A stretch of 64,000 bases of DNA from a virus. The notes beneath the pieces were generated by a model. The model searched no databases, was not told the origin of the DNA, and saw nothing but the letters and a program-made list of their open reading frames with translations. Each line of letters begins with the position of its first letter. Positions within the stretch are counted from its first letter, which is position 1. The stretch spans positions 1 through 64,000 of the IMG/VR virus record IMGVR_UViG_3300020596_000020; one strand, given 5' to 3'. The translations under genes were made by a program, and so were the position numbers. Below are positions 19,338 through 28,783 of the stretch, in pieces.

Positions 19338-19517
19338 TTACAGGTCACCGTCCACGACGTGGTGATGAAACTTGACAACCCACTTGAACGGCCAGAAGAC
19401 GAACGTCCAGAAGACGTAGACCACCGCGAAGAGGCCGCGTGTGTCGTTGATACTGTCGCGAGCGGCGATGCAGGTCAACACGGCCGGCATCAGGTAAACG
19501 AGCAGGAAGATGATCAC
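19338..19517 (-). CDS. Small two-TM membrane protein
   Basis: GTGA overlap with exonuclease stop; hydrophobic, FWPF. Confidence 0.45.
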   Translation of the reverse strand: MIIFLLVYLMPAVLTCIAARDSINDTRGLFAVVYVFWTFVFWPFKWVVKFHHHVVDGDL

Positions 19518-20386
19518 AGCGAAGCTTCCTTCAAGGCGCCAAACGTGTCCACGAAGCGACTGTACGCCGGCTCCTCGGCGAGCGAAGGCATGTCCAACAT
19601 CAGAAAGTCGATCATGCACGCCGCCGGGTCGAACTTGCCGCTGTCGAGCTGCACCTTACGCCACTCGTCCTTGTCGAGCTCGTAGAACTTAACGAGCTTG
19701 AGGTTTCGTTCGTAGATCTCGTTCTGCTCCAACGGCAGATTGGCAACATCGAACGATCCGTCGGCAATGGAGGCACACAGCTTGAGTGCCTTCTTCGGCC
19801 CGTACCCGCCGATGCCCGGGATGTTGTCCGACTTGTCACCGACGATAGCCTTATAGACCAACACGTCGTGGTCGGGCGTTGTCACAAACTCCTTGATACC
19901 GTAGTTGTAGAGACGGATGTGCTCGGATTCGCGGAGAAGCTGAGTGAAGTCCTTGTCGTTGGACGCGATGATGCAGTTCTTACCTTTCTTTGCGAGGGCG
20001 CGGGCCACGTTCGCAATGAGGTCGTCGGCTTCGCACTTGGGATGCTTGATGACGGTCACCTCCAGGTTCTTGAGAGCGAAGTTGATCGCCTCGTCAACCT
20101 GCTTCTTCAGCATCATGATATCTGCGAACTTCTTCTCAGCTTCCGGATCGTCAGATTTCACCTTTCTGTGACCCTTATATTCCGGGTAGATTTCGTAGCG
20201 ATGTGCCGGCGAGCCTTCTTTTACCAAAATAAGTGAACTAGGCTTAAGCGTGTCAACGAGAGCACGAAGGTTGCGCAGGAACTGGAAGGTGAAGTTCGAC
20301 TTCACGCCTTCCGGCAGCGGCTTGCCGAAGGACATGCGACACCTAAACGCAAAGTTTTGGAGGTCCAGCAGGAGGATTCCGTTCAT
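19514..20386 (-). CDS. 5'-3' exonuclease / flap endonuclease (T4 RNase H, T5 FEN family)
   Basis: YPEYKGHR, EADD, SNDKDF, GDKSDNIPGIGGYGPK. Confidence 0.93.
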   Translation of the reverse strand: MNGILLLDLQNFAFRCRMSFGKPLPEGVKSNFTFQFLRNLRALVDTLKPSSLILVKEGSPAHRYEIYPEYKGHRKVKSDDPEAEKKFADIMMLKKQVDEAINFALKNLEVTVIKHPKCEADDLIANVARALAKKGKNCIIASNDKDFTQLLRESEHIRLYNYGIKEFVTTPDHDVLVYKAIVGDKSDNIPGIGGYGPKKALKLCASIADGSFDVANLPLEQNEIYERNLKLVKFYELDKDEWRKVQLDSGKFDPAACMIDFLMLDMPSLAEEPAYSRFVDTFGALKEASL

Positions 20387-20426
20387 AAAGTCACTATATC
20401 AGCTAACTTTGGAACAGGATCTCTTC

Positions 20427-21068
20427 ATGACTGTCTTCTTCGTCTACATCGATTGGACACTCGAGTCTTCACCTCGTGTCTTCTATGTTGGCAAAGGCAA
20501 TGAGCGTCGCGTCGGTCTCCGTGACCGTGACAACAGTCATTGGAAACGCATCGCATCCAAATACGGTTGGCGTCGTGAGGTCGTGTTGGCCACGAAAGAT
20601 GAAGCGTTCGCGCTTGACGAGGAGAAGCGCTTCATCAAGGAACATCGCACGTTCCAAGGGTATGACGACTACCTCTGGGGTGCGAACAAGACATTGGGTG
20701 GTGAAGGCACGAGCGGCCTTCGGTTCCGTCGTTCACCTGACTCCATTGAACGACAGCGTTGTGCCCAACTTGGCAAGAAGCGTGGTCCAATAGTAAAACT
20801 CGCCGGGGTCAATCATCCGATGTATGGAAAACATGGTCGCGATAACCCGAACTACGGATCAAAACGATCTGTCGATTACCTCACCAGGTGCAGCGGCGAG
20901 AACAGTCCGAACGCAGTCATGACTTGGGCGTTGGTTACCATTCTCCGTGAGAGATACGCCCAAGGAGAAAAGCAGGCAGACTTGGCGCGAGCTTTCGACA
21001 TCACGCCACACTCAGTGTACATGATCGTGCACAACAAGACTTGGAAGACTACATCTTCGTCGTGGTGA
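20427..21068 (+). CDS. GIY-YIG homing endonuclease (paralog of 3822..4580)
   Basis: MTVFFVYIDW..FYVGKG..R, REVVLATKDE, WGANKTLGGEG, HPMYGK, C-terminal HTH. Confidence 0.85.
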   Translation: MTVFFVYIDWTLESSPRVFYVGKGNERRVGLRDRDNSHWKRIASKYGWRREVVLATKDEAFALDEEKRFIKEHRTFQGYDDYLWGANKTLGGEGTSGLRFRRSPDSIERQRCAQLGKKRGPIVKLAGVNHPMYGKHGRDNPNYGSKRSVDYLTRCSGENSPNAVMTWALVTILRERYAQGEKQADLARAFDITPHSVYMIVHNKTWKTTSSSW

Positions 21069-21258
21069 ACTGCACGCTGACGCTGACGTTGAACGGGAGG
21101 TAGAGCCTCCACTCCGTCTGAACATCTTCTTCATGCTCGAACACGAACTTATACAGTGTGACCCAGCCGCGGCGCCACCTGATGATCTGTGTGTACGTGA
21201 GTACAAGGTCGCCCTCGACTCCAACGCGATCCCACTCCCAGGTCCACCACTTACTCAT
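21049..21258 (-). CDS. Hypothetical protein
   Basis: 69 aa, Trp-rich, ATGA overlap. Confidence 0.5.
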   Translation of the reverse strand: MSKWWTWEWDRVGVEGDLVLTYTQIIRWRRGWVTLYKFVFEHEEDVQTEWRLYLPFNVSVSVQFTTTKM

Positions 21259-21770
21259 GCTGACACCATGTTATCAAAATGGATGGATCTCGTCGCGCCG
21301 TCCTTGTCCAAGCGTACGAGCACGTGTCCGGGGTACAGTTCACAGAGGCCAAGAACCGTCGCTGACTCGTCTGTCGAGTACGTGAGAACGTGTTGTCCAA
21401 CAGCGTACGGGCAGTACAACCCGATGCGAGCGCGGAAGTCATCCCACGCTGCACGTGTCTGTTCTTTGTTGAGATCTGCTTGTACCTCAAAGCTGACACC
21501 CTGAATGTTGCTGACGTACACGCGCCAACCGTTGCGCTCCCAGATCCAGAAGCGATACACGCCGACCCAGGTGTAATCCTGTTGTCCGAGGATGGCCTTG
21601 TAGAAGCCAACCGTCTTGATCCACCCCTTACGCTTGTACGCGCCAAGAGCGATCGTTCGCGGAGCCATGTATATGGCCATCATCTCGGATTGGAAGGCCG
21701 TCTTCTCCTCGTCGGTCCAGTCCCAGATCTTGTTGACGATCGGCGTGCTCTCCCACCTCTCCCACATCAC
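21255..21770 (-). CDS. Hypothetical protein
   Basis: 171 aa, coupled. Confidence 0.6.
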   Translation of the reverse strand: MMWERWESTPIVNKIWDWTDEEKTAFQSEMMAIYMAPRTIALGAYKRKGWIKTVGFYKAILGQQDYTWVGVYRFWIWERNGWRVYVSNIQGVSFEVQADLNKEQTRAAWDDFRARIGLYCPYAVGQHVLTYSTDESATVLGLCELYPGHVLVRLDKDGATRSIHFDNMVSA

Positions 21771-22198
21771 TTCGTCTCCGGAGGCAGCAGTTCTTTCAGA
21801 AGCTTGGCCAAGCAGCTCGCCACAACGTTGAACCCGTTTGCGCGCTTGCGACGCTGTCGGTCGAACTTCTCCAGCTCGAGAACAAGCTCCCTGATGCCTG
21901 GCACAAGCGTGCTCAGACCCAGGCCACAGCGATCCGAGAACAACGTCGCGGCTCTTGCCGCGACGCGAGCGTTCTCCTCAGCACGAAGCTTACGCAGGTC
22001 AGTCCATTGGTTATTGATGTCACCGCTACCCCAACACTCGTCGCAGACGTCCTGCATCATGGAAGCGCCACCCATCCCGCCTCTCCATGTCGAGGTTGAC
22101 CCGTACATGCGAGTACCAAAGCCACGACATGCCTCGCAAGGCGTCTCGATGTCTCGATAGCGATACATCCACTTGAAATGCTCTTCTGTGTCGCTCAT
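21767..22198 (-). CDS. Protein with DnaJ-type CxxCxGxG zinc finger
   Basis: CEACRGFG and CDECWGSG; start at MSDTEE. Confidence 0.65.
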   Translation of the reverse strand: MSDTEEHFKWMYRYRDIETPCEACRGFGTRMYGSTSTWRGGMGGASMMQDVCDECWGSGDINNQWTDLRKLRAEENARVAARAATLFSDRCGLGLSTLVPGIRELVLELEKFDRQRRKRANGFNVVASCLAKLLKELLPPETK

Positions 22199-22434
22199 CG
22201 CACTCTCCGACAGTTGCTGCCCGGCTGCCCGGGCTCGTTGGAGTGAGTGCAGAAGTTGCCATGATAAGTCGCCTTGGGGCAACGCTTGTTCCCACAAGTG
22301 GGACATAGGACCATACGAGATTTGACAGGGTTGAACGGGTTGAACGGGTTGAACGGGTTGAACGGGTTGAACGGGTTGAACGGATCGTTCGAATTATCGA
22401 GACATGTGTAACAAGCGTCGCACTTCTCAGACAT
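22195..22434 (-). CDS. Small zinc-binding protein with NPF repeat tract
   Basis: CDACYTC...CPTCGNKRCPKATYH...C..SNEPGQPGS; TAATAT 6 nt upstream. Confidence 0.7.
   Translation of the reverse strand: MSEKCDACYTCLDNSNDPFNPFNPFNPFNPFNPFNPVKSRMVLCPTCGNKRCPKATYHGNFCTHSNEPGQPGSNCRRVR
22328..22381 (+). repeat. 9-nt tandem repeat (GGGTTGAAC)x6
   Basis: Six perfect copies read directly; in-frame within 22195..22434. Confidence 0.97.
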
Positions 22435-22473
22435 AACGTCATATTACTGTATGAAGGCGCGCATTGTTACTCT

Positions 22474-23253
22474 TCAGAACACGAACCCGGGCACACGCGT
22501 TACGACCCACGTATCGCTCGTTTCGACCCATCCGATGTAACTTTCATCGACCCAAACATGACCGTTGTCGCCCCAACCAGCGCCCCAACTGTTACGCAGC
22601 AAAAATTCGCGACGGCCGTTCGCAGTGGTTCGCACACCAACGACAATCATGGCATGATAGCCGACCCAAGACGACGGCGGCATCCACACCTTACCGCCAC
22701 CGTGGTAGGCGATGAAGGAGTTATCAACCGCAGTGGCGATGGTGACCGGGTGGTTGGCTCGCACAGCGACCTCGACACCATCAGCTCGTGAGGTCGCGCC
22801 GCCGTAGATGCGGTAATACTCGAGCACTTTGTTATCAAGACTCTCTTTATATGCGCGCAGCGGCGGCTGAGCGAACACTTTGGTGACGTCGTAAGGCCAA
22901 GTCTCCTCGCGGCACACACCGAGTGTACGAAGACTATCGATCGCGTTGGCGATGAAAGTGCCTTCATCAAGGCCAGTATCTCGAGTGTAACTTCGTGCTG
23001 ACCAATAGAGATGCAAACGTGAGATCTGGACGACGTTCGTCGGATCTTCCAGACCGATGACGATCTCAAGTAAATCGCCAACGCAGTTAGCGACGCAGCT
23101 GTTCAATGAGAGCTGATTGGAGATCGGAGTGTGCTCCGGGATGACGTGTTCGCTACTTGTCGCGGCGGCCGTCGCGAAGGCGGGCATGGCGACCGTAAAC
23201 GGCTTAACGTGAGGAGTCTTGAGACTGGGCTTGTAGCCTGTGTAGAAGGTCAC
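22474..23253 (-). CDS. Papain-like cysteine protease (C1A)
   Basis: NQ..LNSCVAN (Cys), GYHAM (His), RNSWG..WGDNG; TAGTTA 6 nt before GTG. Confidence 0.92.
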   Translation of the reverse strand: MTFYTGYKPSLKTPHVKPFTVAMPAFATAAATSSEHVIPEHTPISNQLSLNSCVANCVGDLLEIVIGLEDPTNVVQISRLHLYWSARSYTRDTGLDEGTFIANAIDSLRTLGVCREETWPYDVTKVFAQPPLRAYKESLDNKVLEYYRIYGGATSRADGVEVAVRANHPVTIATAVDNSFIAYHGGGKVWMPPSSWVGYHAMIVVGVRTTANGRREFLLRNSWGAGWGDNGHVWVDESYIGWVETSDTWVVTRVPGFVF

Positions 23254-23272
23254 ATGATCTAACTAGCGAGGA

Positions 23273-23854
23273 TCAATTGTTGCTGTTTCTCAAGTTCTTG
23301 AGGGCTTTTCCCGCATCGGCCGCGGCCGATGCACTCGCGGGCGCAAAAGAGTATCTTTCCACATCACGTAGAAACTCTGCTAAAGGTTTGATAGGTGTGC
23401 CTTCAGATGTTTCGGACGAGCTGATCAACCCGTAACTACAACCAGAGTTAGTAGCCTTGACTTTTGTCGGTTTATACTCATAGGACATGTCAGAAGGGCC
23501 TACACCGTAGACGTCTTCGTGAGCGAGCTTCTTGCCGCTGTTCTCGTCGCTGGTTCTCGCGAAAAAGTGAACCTCATCGTAATCAAGACAATCGAGATCG
23601 TCGAAATGTTCCTCGCTCAACAACCATTCGATCGCTTCAAAGTCTCCATCAAAAGCAGAAAATAACTTGAACGTGAGTTCAGGCGGAAGCCCAGATATGT
23701 TACTCTTCGAGAGACTGAAGAAACCTTCAGCCGAATCGTAGACACGAAGAATCGACATCCCGGTCAGCGCCACGAAGACCGTTGCGGCTTGCTTGTCTAT
23801 CAGATTATTGTTGTCGATGAACTGTAAGGTTTGTGTAGGAGTGATCTTTCGCAT
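23273..23854 (-). CDS. Hypothetical protein
   Basis: Start reassigned to MRKITP, adjacent to upstream stop. Confidence 0.55.
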   Translation of the reverse strand: MRKITPTQTLQFIDNNNLIDKQAATVFVALTGMSILRVYDSAEGFFSLSKSNISGLPPELTFKLFSAFDGDFEAIEWLLSEEHFDDLDCLDYDEVHFFARTSDENSGKKLAHEDVYGVGPSDMSYEYKPTKVKATNSGCSYGLISSSETSEGTPIKPLAEFLRDVERYSFAPASASAAADAGKALKNLRNSNN

Positions 23855-23855
23855 A

Positions 23856-24179
23856 TCATAATCGTTTCGGCAGCGGGTTGCTCGTCCCCGTGCACACATC
23901 GACTTCTGAGCAAGACTTAATGTTTGCGAGACAGCGCGGATTTGGAAAAATTCCTGCAGCCGATAGCTCACGACAAATATCGGAGAATCTTGTGCCACGC
24001 TTTGTTGGTTGGCCTTCCGGACAGCTTAGAGCAATCAGGTGAATCTCGGCGGCGTCGCACATGTCAACGTCGGTGGGAATCGGCGTCGGACGAGGCACGA
24101 CAGGATCAGAACCCTGTGACGGTGGACACGCGCTGTTGCTTAGCGCTACGATGATGGCGACGATCGGTCCGAATCTCAT
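23856..24179 (-). CDS. Cys-rich putative lipoprotein
   Basis: Signal peptide ending SAC; six further Cys. Confidence 0.6.
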   Translation of the reverse strand: MRFGPIVAIIVALSNSACPPSQGSDPVVPRPTPIPTDVDMCDAAEIHLIALSCPEGQPTKRGTRFSDICRELSAAGIFPNPRCLANIKSCSEVDVCTGTSNPLPKRL

Positions 24180-24412
24180 CGTGACCCCTTGAATGCGCCG
24201 AGTGGAATCATCTTGAGAGCTGTGATGGACATCTCAGCCGTCTTCCAGAACTCCGCAAGCTCCGCGTCGGACTTGATCTCCCCCGTGTCGACCATGTGAG
24301 TGACGAGATCCTGGATGCGTTGACGGACCTCTTCCTTCTTCATATACTCTTTTGAGGCTTTAATGGCCTCATCTAACACGATGCGGCGCACTTTGCTGAC
24401 GACGTCGCTCAT
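24176..24412 (-). CDS. Hypothetical protein, putative late gene
   Basis: 78 aa; TAGGTA 6 nt upstream; VRRIVLDE helix. Confidence 0.6.
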   Translation of the reverse strand: MSDVVSKVRRIVLDEAIKASKEYMKKEEVRQRIQDLVTHMVDTGEIKSDAELAEFWKTAEMSITALKMIPLGAFKGSR

Positions 24413-24617
24413 GCTTCTTACCTATCGCTCCCGAGCTTCAAGAAAGATCTCTGGTCAGGCTCCCAGTCGAAGGTCATGTCTTCGTAGGTGACTATCGACG
24501 CCAGCTTGAACGTTCCAGACGCCAGCAAAACATAGAAGAGGTCATCGTCGGTCTGGATCCAGACGAGAACTTCGTCGTCACCGACGATGACCTCTTCAGG
24601 TCGTCTTACCCAGGTTC

Positions 24618-24923
24618 TCACGGCTTGTGCAGCGTGAACGCGAGCGGTTTGCATTCCGCGCCAGACTTGACGTAAGGGTTGTCTTCAAGCACAACCACGT
24701 GTGCTCGAAGCTCGTTGTGCTCTGTGATAGTCGCTGGTGTGATGAGCAAGACGCGCACCGACTTGCTGCCATCGACGCGCATCATGTACTGGTCGCCGAC
24801 GACGAGTTCGACCGAAGCCAGTGCTCGCACGTCGTCGGCGTTCCGACGAACGTTGTAGTCGAAGAAGTCATACGTGCTGATCTCGCCGCTCGGTCCGCTG
24901 TAGTAGTGCCAATCCTTCTTCAT
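24618..24923 (-). CDS. Hypothetical protein
   Basis: 101 aa, ATGA overlap. Confidence 0.55.
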   Translation of the reverse strand: MKKDWHYYSGPSGEISTYDFFDYNVRRNADDVRALASVELVVGDQYMMRVDGSKSVRVLLITPATITEHNELRAHVVVLEDNPYVKSGAECKPLAFTLHKP

Positions 24924-25234
24924 TCAGCAGGCTTCTCTGACGCTTCCATTCTGTACCAGGTGTGCTGCATGTTAACAGTCCACTGCGATTGCTTCTCTAT
25001 CCACTGCTCAAAGTTTTTCTTGAGATGCTCGAGCGCGAGCTCGAGCGTCAGATAGACCTTGCCGTTGATCTCGTCGAGCCTGAACGTCTTCTTTTCAGGT
25101 CCTGAAGTGATGAGATATGTGACATCCTCACCCGCGAAACTGCGACGACGGAGCTCCTCGCACACCTGCATAGGGACAATTTTGTCCGTTTCCGCGGAGA
25201 GTACGTAAATAATCTGCCCAACGTCCATGTTCAC
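24920..25234 (-). CDS. Hypothetical protein
   Basis: 104 aa, VGQIIYV beta start. Confidence 0.6.
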   Translation of the reverse strand: MNMDVGQIIYVLSAETDKIVPMQVCEELRRRSFAGEDVTYLITSGPEKKTFRLDEINGKVYLTLELALEHLKKNFEQWIEKQSQWTVNMQHTWYRMEASEKPAE

Positions 25235-25582
25235 TTATTCCTCCAGTTTATAAACGTGCATCGCTGGGATGTGCGCCGCGCTGACAGCGAATGTAGGCGC
25301 TTGTTTACCAGTCACGATGCCGAGCGCCACACAGGCTTTTGCGATCTTCTTCCAGAGTGTGTGCTCGAGCTTCGTCCGATTGCTGATCGCTGCGAGATAC
25401 TCGGCGATCGTCGCCTCAGTCATGACAACCCCAGCAGACTCTTCATCTTCTTTAGTCGTTGCAACCGGCGTCATGATAGGCATCACGACGCCGAATATGT
25501 CACGTAACATCTCAAGCTCCTTCGAGGTAAGCGGTACGTCGACGGTCTGTTCGCTGACGCTAGACTTCTTCTTCGCCGTCAT
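25235..25582 (-). CDS. Hypothetical protein
   Basis: 115 aa, coupled. Confidence 0.6.
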   Translation of the reverse strand: MTAKKKSSVSEQTVDVPLTSKELEMLRDIFGVVMPIMTPVATTKEDEESAGVVMTEATIAEYLAAISNRTKLEHTLWKKIAKACVALGIVTGKQAPTFAVSAAHIPAMHVYKLEE

Positions 25583-25866
25583 CAGACGTTGAGGTCCCGT
25601 GTCTCGAGGATCTCCATAAAGGTGTCGAGTGTGTGCTTGTGTTCAGCGGCACGCTTCACCTTGACAATCTTCATTGCTGCGTTAAGCGTCTTCATATCGA
25701 GTTTTTCCTTGAACTCTTCGATAAGTTCCTTGCGGTCAGCCTTGAGCAGATCCTGTTCCTGCTCGATCGTGGCGAGTCGCTTCGTAAACTCTTCCACCAC
25801 TGCGGTGAGCTCGTTGAGTTCGTCGGGTTGCTGCGCGCCGGTCTGAGTGTCATTAGTGTTTGCCAT
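25582..25866 (-). CDS. GapR/DUF2312 (T4 DsbA)-like dsDNA-binding protein
   Basis: EEF.KRL..IEQEQ..L..DRKEL..E.K...D.K.L pattern. Confidence 0.6.
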   Translation of the reverse strand: MANTNDTQTGAQQPDELNELTAVVEEFTKRLATIEQEQDLLKADRKELIEEFKEKLDMKTLNAAMKIVKVKRAAEHKHTLDTFMEILETRDLNV

Positions 25867-25881
25867 ATCGGCAAACTTACG

Positions 25882-26937
25882 TCACTTCAACGACTGAAGC
25901 ATACTTTTGAGCGACGTGACGTAAGGACTCTGGTCAGAGACACCCATTCCCATGGCGTGCTTGATCTGGTTCTCGATTTGCGCCGCATAGAACGCCTTCA
26001 TAGAGGCTTTCGCCTGCTCTAGCAACGCTTCGTCGGCGTCGGCCTTCTCATCAGGTTCAAGCGCTTCGTAGTCTTGCGGGACCTGCCAGGCGCCGCCTGA
26101 CGCGTGCGCGAGGTCCTCAACTGTGTTTGCGTTGAGCACTGGTTGCATCGCCTGTTTTAGCGCCATGTTCGTGTTTTTGTCGATCAGTGCTGCGTCCTTC
26201 TTCATCTCGATGACGAGCGGGGACTGCGCGACCATTTTCGCAAACTCTGGCGACATGAGCGCGTCGGCGATGAACTCGCCGGGGGTCTTCTTTTTAGGCG
26301 CGGCGACTGCGGCCTCGGAGCGAGGGCCGGCTTGTTGCGGAACGGGCGCGCCCGGTGCTTGAGCGCCGTACATCCGGTTGCGAATGTCTCGGAGATATAG
26401 CGAGAGAACCTGATTGCCTTCGGCGATAGTGTCGTAGACGGTGAGAATCGCCTCGGGCTTAGCCGTGATCGTCTTGTATGTGAGCCACGTCGTCGGGTTG
26501 TGCATGAAGGAGAAAAGCTGGATGTCGGGGTTGTCGTAGGCCTCGTTGACCGCCGCGTAGGCGTCTTTATACTTCTCAGTGATCTTCTTGATGTACTTTG
26601 CCTGCGTTGCCTCGATCTTCTTATAATCGACCTGGAAACTCGGGACCAAGATGCCGAGCGCGGACTCTAGAGTCGTGCGCACCAACGTGATCAAGCTCAC
26701 GCCGATTTTGCCAATCTCTGCGCCGATCACCTTGATCGCGTTGACGAACGGGTCAATGAAGATCGAGCCCAGATCCATCCCCATGACGCCGGACTTGGTG
26801 TGCTTCGACGAGCCGCCGTAACCGCCGGTCCACGGCGTCGCGCCGCCGTAGTTCGTACCACCGATGCCGTAATCGCCAAACTCCTCTTTGAGCGTGTTGC
26901 GAACAGCCTCGCGCAGCAGCTTTTCGTCAGACTTCAC
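25882..26937 (-). CDS. Probable internal head protein
   Basis: N-terminal KLLREAVRNTLKEE, Gly-rich linker; TAGTTA 6 nt upstream. Confidence 0.6.
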   Translation of the reverse strand: MKSDEKLLREAVRNTLKEEFGDYGIGGTNYGGATPWTGGYGGSSKHTKSGVMGMDLGSIFIDPFVNAIKVIGAEIGKIGVSLITLVRTTLESALGILVPSFQVDYKKIEATQAKYIKKITEKYKDAYAAVNEAYDNPDIQLFSFMHNPTTWLTYKTITAKPEAILTVYDTIAEGNQVLSLYLRDIRNRMYGAQAPGAPVPQQAGPRSEAAVAAPKKKTPGEFIADALMSPEFAKMVAQSPLVIEMKKDAALIDKNTNMALKQAMQPVLNANTVEDLAHASGGAWQVPQDYEALEPDEKADADEALLEQAKASMKAFYAAQIENQIKHAMGMGVSDQSPYVTSLKSMLQSLK

Positions 26938-26943
26938 AGTCAG

Positions 26944-26949
26944 TAACTA
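26944..26949 (-). promoter_or_regulatory. Putative late promoter TAGTTA
   Basis: 6 nt before GTG at 26937; context CGTAGTTAC identical to 8483. Confidence 0.6.
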
Positions 26950-26965
26950 CGTCACATGCATACAT

Positions 26966-27175
26966 CTACGCTACACGCTTCCATTTGGACATCCAGTTTT
27001 CGATAATAGAGAGCAAAACATCGATCTGCGTTGCGTCTTCCATACACGAAAGTCTGTAGTGACGAAAAAGCCTGCTTTGATCTGCCAGCCCAGCCATTGA
27101 CCGATCCATCTCGTTGATGACGATCCAATGCAAGTCATAAAACTTGTAGATCCTTCCGATAATGTCACTCATCAT
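26966..27175 (-). CDS. Hypothetical small protein
   Basis: 69 aa, IIGRIYKF start. Confidence 0.5.
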   Translation of the reverse strand: MMSDIIGRIYKFYDLHWIVINEMDRSMAGLADQSRLFRHYRLSCMEDATQIDVLLSIIENWMSKWKRVA

Positions 27176-27488
27176 CGAACTCCAGCGGTTTCCACCAGCG
27201 AATGTTGCGACGCTCCTTAAACGAACGGAGCTTGAGCTCCACCCCCGTCAATTCCTTCCAAAGGGCCACAATCTCGAGCTCCATCTGATTGAGAGCAACA
27301 ATGTTCTTGGTACGTTCATCGCGTTTAGTGAATAATTTTCGTGTGTCATTGTCGACTTCATTGAGTATCTGCTCTTTCAGAGATACCCAATCATCAGTCA
27401 AGTCTTTTACCCATATAACTGTTAATCTAATCGCGCGCTCGACTTTCACAGGAATATTATCGTTACTTTGTTTGGGTAACACGCTCAT
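27165..27488 (-). CDS. Hypothetical protein
   Basis: 107 aa, ATGA overlap. Confidence 0.55.
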   Translation of the reverse strand: MSVLPKQSNDNIPVKVERAIRLTVIWVKDLTDDWVSLKEQILNEVDNDTRKLFTKRDERTKNIVALNQMELEIVALWKELTGVELKLRSFKERRNIRWWKPLEFDDE

Positions 27489-27668
27489 GCCACTCGTGAG
27501 TAGTTTAGTTGCTCGAATGACGAATCAGATTGCCACCACGGATTACGACTCGAGTCTTCAAGCGATCGGCACTCCCACTTCTTGATCAGGATGTCACCAT
27601 CACGACGACAGTCAATCACGACGAAGATTTCATCGTGCAGACTCGAGTAGTAGACCTCGCCGACACGA

Positions 27669-28127
27669 TTACACGTCACCGAAAAATCTCTCTTGGAACA
27701 CGCGAGTGACGACGCTTCGCAAGGCATCAAACATGGGGCGTTGGTACTGATGACACTGAGGCATGCTCGTGATCGGGAACCACGCCACTTGGTAGTTCTC
27801 TTCATCCATAGGGAAAGGCACGGTGTCGACGGTGTTCTCGATGCCCACGACGGGGATCGCGAGGAAGATGTGAACAGTCTTGCGTTCGTTGCCGGCGTTG
27901 ACCTCGACGCTGCCAAGAAGTTCAGGCAGGACGAGAACGGCGACGCCGGTCTCCTCGTAGGTCTCGCGCGCGGCCGTGTCGATGTCGTTCTCGTTCGACT
28001 CGGTATGACCTTTGGGAAAACCCCACATGTCTTGCTTAGCGCGTGGTCTGACGAGCAAAACCTCATACATACCATGTTCACCCAGACGGATGGTGGCTGT
28101 GCCGCAACTGGTTGTAAGCTTCTTCAC
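27669..28127 (-). CDS. Nudix hydrolase
   Basis: WGFPKG plus Nudix box GHTESNENDIDTAARETYEETGV. Confidence 0.92.
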   Translation of the reverse strand: MKKLTTSCGTATIRLGEHGMYEVLLVRPRAKQDMWGFPKGHTESNENDIDTAARETYEETGVAVLVLPELLGSVEVNAGNERKTVHIFLAIPVVGIENTVDTVPFPMDEENYQVAWFPITSMPQCHQYQRPMFDALRSVVTRVFQERFFGDV

Positions 28128-28588
28128 ATTAAGGATGCTAGCGTTTCCAAGTCCTCTACACGCTTACCGTTGGACACAACAGCACGAACCCAGCGCTTCT
28201 TGAGCTTGGAGAGCCAACGACGATATGATTCTGGCTGTCGACCGCGCGCGAGCATCTCTTCATTCGTGTTAGCATGCATCGCTTGGATCGCGTCGTCGTG
28301 ATCGGTCGCCACATGGTCGAATTCCGCCTCGACGGCTGTATGGAACCACGGGCAAAGCTTCTTAGTCGGCTTGACGCCCTTCGACTTGATCTTGTAGTCG
28401 ACCGCGCGTAACATGGGGACAACGACCAACGAGGCCTGCTCGTCGATCCACTTGACCAACACACGTCCGTCGAACGAGATGGCTGCAAGAACGTCGCCAG
28501 CTGGCGCCGCCTCGATAGCCTCAAAGGCACGCTCAGCGTACCATTCGTCCAAGAGCGTGATGACGCGTCCGTCCATGATGAGCTGCAT
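28124..28588 (-). CDS. Hypothetical protein
   Basis: 154 aa, ATGA overlap. Confidence 0.6.
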   Translation of the reverse strand: MQLIMDGRVITLLDEWYAERAFEAIEAAPAGDVLAAISFDGRVLVKWIDEQASLVVVPMLRAVDYKIKSKGVKPTKKLCPWFHTAVEAEFDHVATDHDDAIQAMHANTNEEMLARGRQPESYRRWLSKLKKRWVRAVVSNGKRVEDLETLASLM

Positions 28589-28594
28589 GACGAT

Positions 28595-28765
28595 TCACTC
28601 GCCGGCCTTGACGCAAGACTGGAGGAAGAAACGCTTGAGATCGGCGTCGGTTACATAGGAGTTGATGTCCATCCCCAGTCGCTCACGAACGAGCTGCTCA
28701 AATCGGGGTTGAACTTCAAGGTCAACGGTACGGCCGTTGGTGATCGTGAACTGTACGTGACGCAT
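28595..28765 (-). CDS. Small hypothetical protein MRHVQFTITNG...
   Basis: Hand-translated 56 aa filling the gap. Confidence 0.55.
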   Translation of the reverse strand: MRHVQFTITNGRTVDLEVQPRFEQLVRERLGMDINSYVTDADLKRFFLQSCVKAGE

Positions 28766-28783
28766 TAGAGCCTCCCTTAAATT

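Noticed and set aside
22328-22381. CRISPR array, or a eukaryotic EH-domain-binding NPF motif
   Set aside because: The repeats have no spacers, and the gene content points to a bacterial host, where EH-domain binding has no support.
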